A stretch of 64,000 nucleotides of DNA. It comes from an uncultured delta proteobacterium. Its GTDB lineage: Bacteria; Desulfobacterota; Binatia; UBA9968. Below the pieces are notes generated by a model. It searched no databases and was not told the DNA's origin. It was given only the letters and a program-made list of their open reading frames with translations. Within the stretch, counting starts at the first letter, position 1. Each line of letters opens with the position of its first letter. The position numbers were made by a program, and so were the translations under genes. The stretch is from the NCBI GenBank assembly GCA_963760795.1, contig CAVXEP010000018.1, positions 1 to 64,000 of the forward strand, read 5' to 3'. This document shows positions 62,016 through 64,000 of the stretch, one piece after another.

Positions 62016-63826
62016 CTAAATTTTCAAATCGGACAACCCGCCCGCCCGCCATCGGGCTCGCGAAATACCGCTTGCAATTTGTCGAGGTCTCGCCGCGACT
62101 CGCTTGTCGCTCCGCAGCTGCGCCACCGGCAGATCCATGAACCTTTCCATGACCACCCGCAACGACTCCGCGTAAACCGTCCGGTCACCGATAAAATTGA
62201 ATGAAGCGGCATACATCGCATGGCCCGTACCGCGAAACTCGATCAGCGCGCGCTCGCCCTTGAGACCATCGCGATAAAAATCCTCGGCTTGGCAGCCGGC
62301 GATCACTGTGTCCCGGGCGCCCTTGAGAATCAGCGTGCGGACCTCATGGCGGATGATTCTTCGGCGTCCAAGGGCAGATCTTTTCCGCTGGAAGGCTCCG
62401 AGTTTCCTGGCTTCGCCGCGTAGCAGTTCTTTGCCGCCGCTGCCGGCGGCGAACGCCGTGACATCTTTGCCGGTGAAGCAGCCGCCGCTGTCGCGCTCGA
62501 TCATGCCCGGCCGCAGTAAAGAACGGGCGACACCATCATACAGGCCGAGCACCTGGTTGGCGCGAATCGATTCCAGTTGCCCGCCGCGTTGGCCGGTCGG
62601 CTTTGCCGGCGCGATGATCTTGCAGTACCCAGTGGCGCATTGGGCGTTTTTTAAAAATGGCGAACTGGCCGCGCACTGGCGCGCCACCGTTGCGTTGCCG
62701 GAGGCGCTTTTCTCCTCGAGAGTTAGATAGTGGCCGATCACCAACGCCGCATCGATTTGCCAGGCGAAGTCACCGGCGTAAGGCTTGACGCCGGATTCCG
62801 GCGCGCCGGTAAACTGCAGCGTTTTAATTGCCGTATAAAATTCCCGCGGGAAGTGCGGACGCGATACGGGCATCAGCCGACTTGAGCAAGTCGTCATAAT
62901 GATCGGTGACGAAATCCACCGAGCCGAACTGTTCCTCGATTTCACTCAGGAGCTTTGCCATCCTATCGCTGAGCAAATTGGCTTGTTCGACATCGATAAA
63001 ACAAAAATTATAGCTGCTGCGAGCGTCCACTAGGGCGCTCACCTCGCCGAGCTTTTCCGTGGCTGTGCCCAAAAACGTTTGCACCGGCACCGGGAGCTTT
63101 CGATCGCGGCAGTCACAAGGCTGCCCGGCCGGCGAACGGTAAGTCGTCAAGATCAATTTCAAGTTTGCCGCGGTCATGTGGGCGCGGGCGGCATGGGTGT
63201 CGCGATCTCGCACCACCGGCGCGGACAAGATCAGCGTCTTGACTTTTTTGGAGCCGAATCTAGCCGCGTACAATTGCGCCGGCAGCGCGCCCCAACTATG
63301 CGAGTAGATCGCGTCCCAGGGTTTGCGGTTGAGCACCGCCTTGCGGATTTTTTCGATGTCGTCGGCGACGTATTCGGCCGCGCAGGAAACGGTCGAACTT
63401 GTTGCTCGCCGGGATCACGCTGCGGCCGCCGCCGCGCAGGTCGAAATAAACTACATTATGATGCGCCTCCAGATGGCCAAGCATACGACCCATCTGGTTG
63501 ACGTTGTCGACCAGCGCGCCGGGCCCGCCGGCAATGAATAAAATATTCTTGCGCTCGGGACGGGCGAGGTTAAACCCCTTGCCGAAAAAATAATACAAGT
63601 CGAACTTACAAGGATCGTCGTGACAATCGATCTCCTTGGGCATCGCCATGTCGTCGGGCAAGAGCCGGACATCGGCGATTTTGCGCATTAGTTGGCCGCT
63701 GCGGCTGGCGGGCCGGGTACTCATCTCCGCCGGTGTCCAATGATAATTCTCGCCGCTCTCGCCGGCGTAGGCGGAACCCGCGACAAGTAAAACTGCGATG
63801 ACACTCAAAGCAAACCGTCGCTGCAT
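62016..63826 (-). CDS. Secreted alpha/beta hydrolase (prolyl aminopeptidase S33-like), frameshifted at least twice
   Basis: Signal peptide, AGGPG, FDLRGGGRS, SHSWG, GARD, GTGH across three ORFs. Confidence 0.75.
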
Positions 63827-64000
63827 TGCATCCTCCTCCATTATGAGCCGTCAGACACCATGTGAAAATTCGCTATATCGCCCTCAGGCCGCGCCACCGC
63901 GGCGCCGAGCATCGCCATGAATCCATCGAGCAACTGTTGGGCGTGGCACTCATCGAACATAGCTGCAGCGGTAGGTGACAGTTACCGTCAACTTAGTTGC

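Overview
Bacterial chromosomal segment of roughly 58-60% GC (by eye). Its gene content (orphan ABC substrate-binding proteins, amidohydrolases, VOC proteins, hydantoinase/oxoprolinase, TPP enzyme) resembles Candidatus Binatia ('Deltaproteobacteria bacterium' MAGs); this taxonomy is inference only. Core and catabolic genes include modABC, rlmD, yjbQ, an ECF sigma/anti-sigma pair, a NahE-like aldolase cluster and a hydantoinase-TPP-amidase run. About 13 genes carry small frameshifts, most likely uncorrected long-read errors. No rRNA, tRNA, CRISPR array, integrase or transposase was seen. Three observations stand out. (1) A lower-GC, translationally coupled three-gene island (8828-11482) encodes two coiled-coil lipoproteins and a small helical protein that I cannot assign to any family. 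(2) An integrase-free cassette hotspot (~32970-37320) lies between two convergent genes; each cargo block (MazF-type TA; Anbu protease plus transglutaminase) is bracketed by a diverged, still in-frame duplicate of the upstream gene's 3' end, with an RxxxxH HEPN-like gene in the middle. (3) Intergenic spacers are built from several REP-like and nonamer repeat families, sometimes nested.
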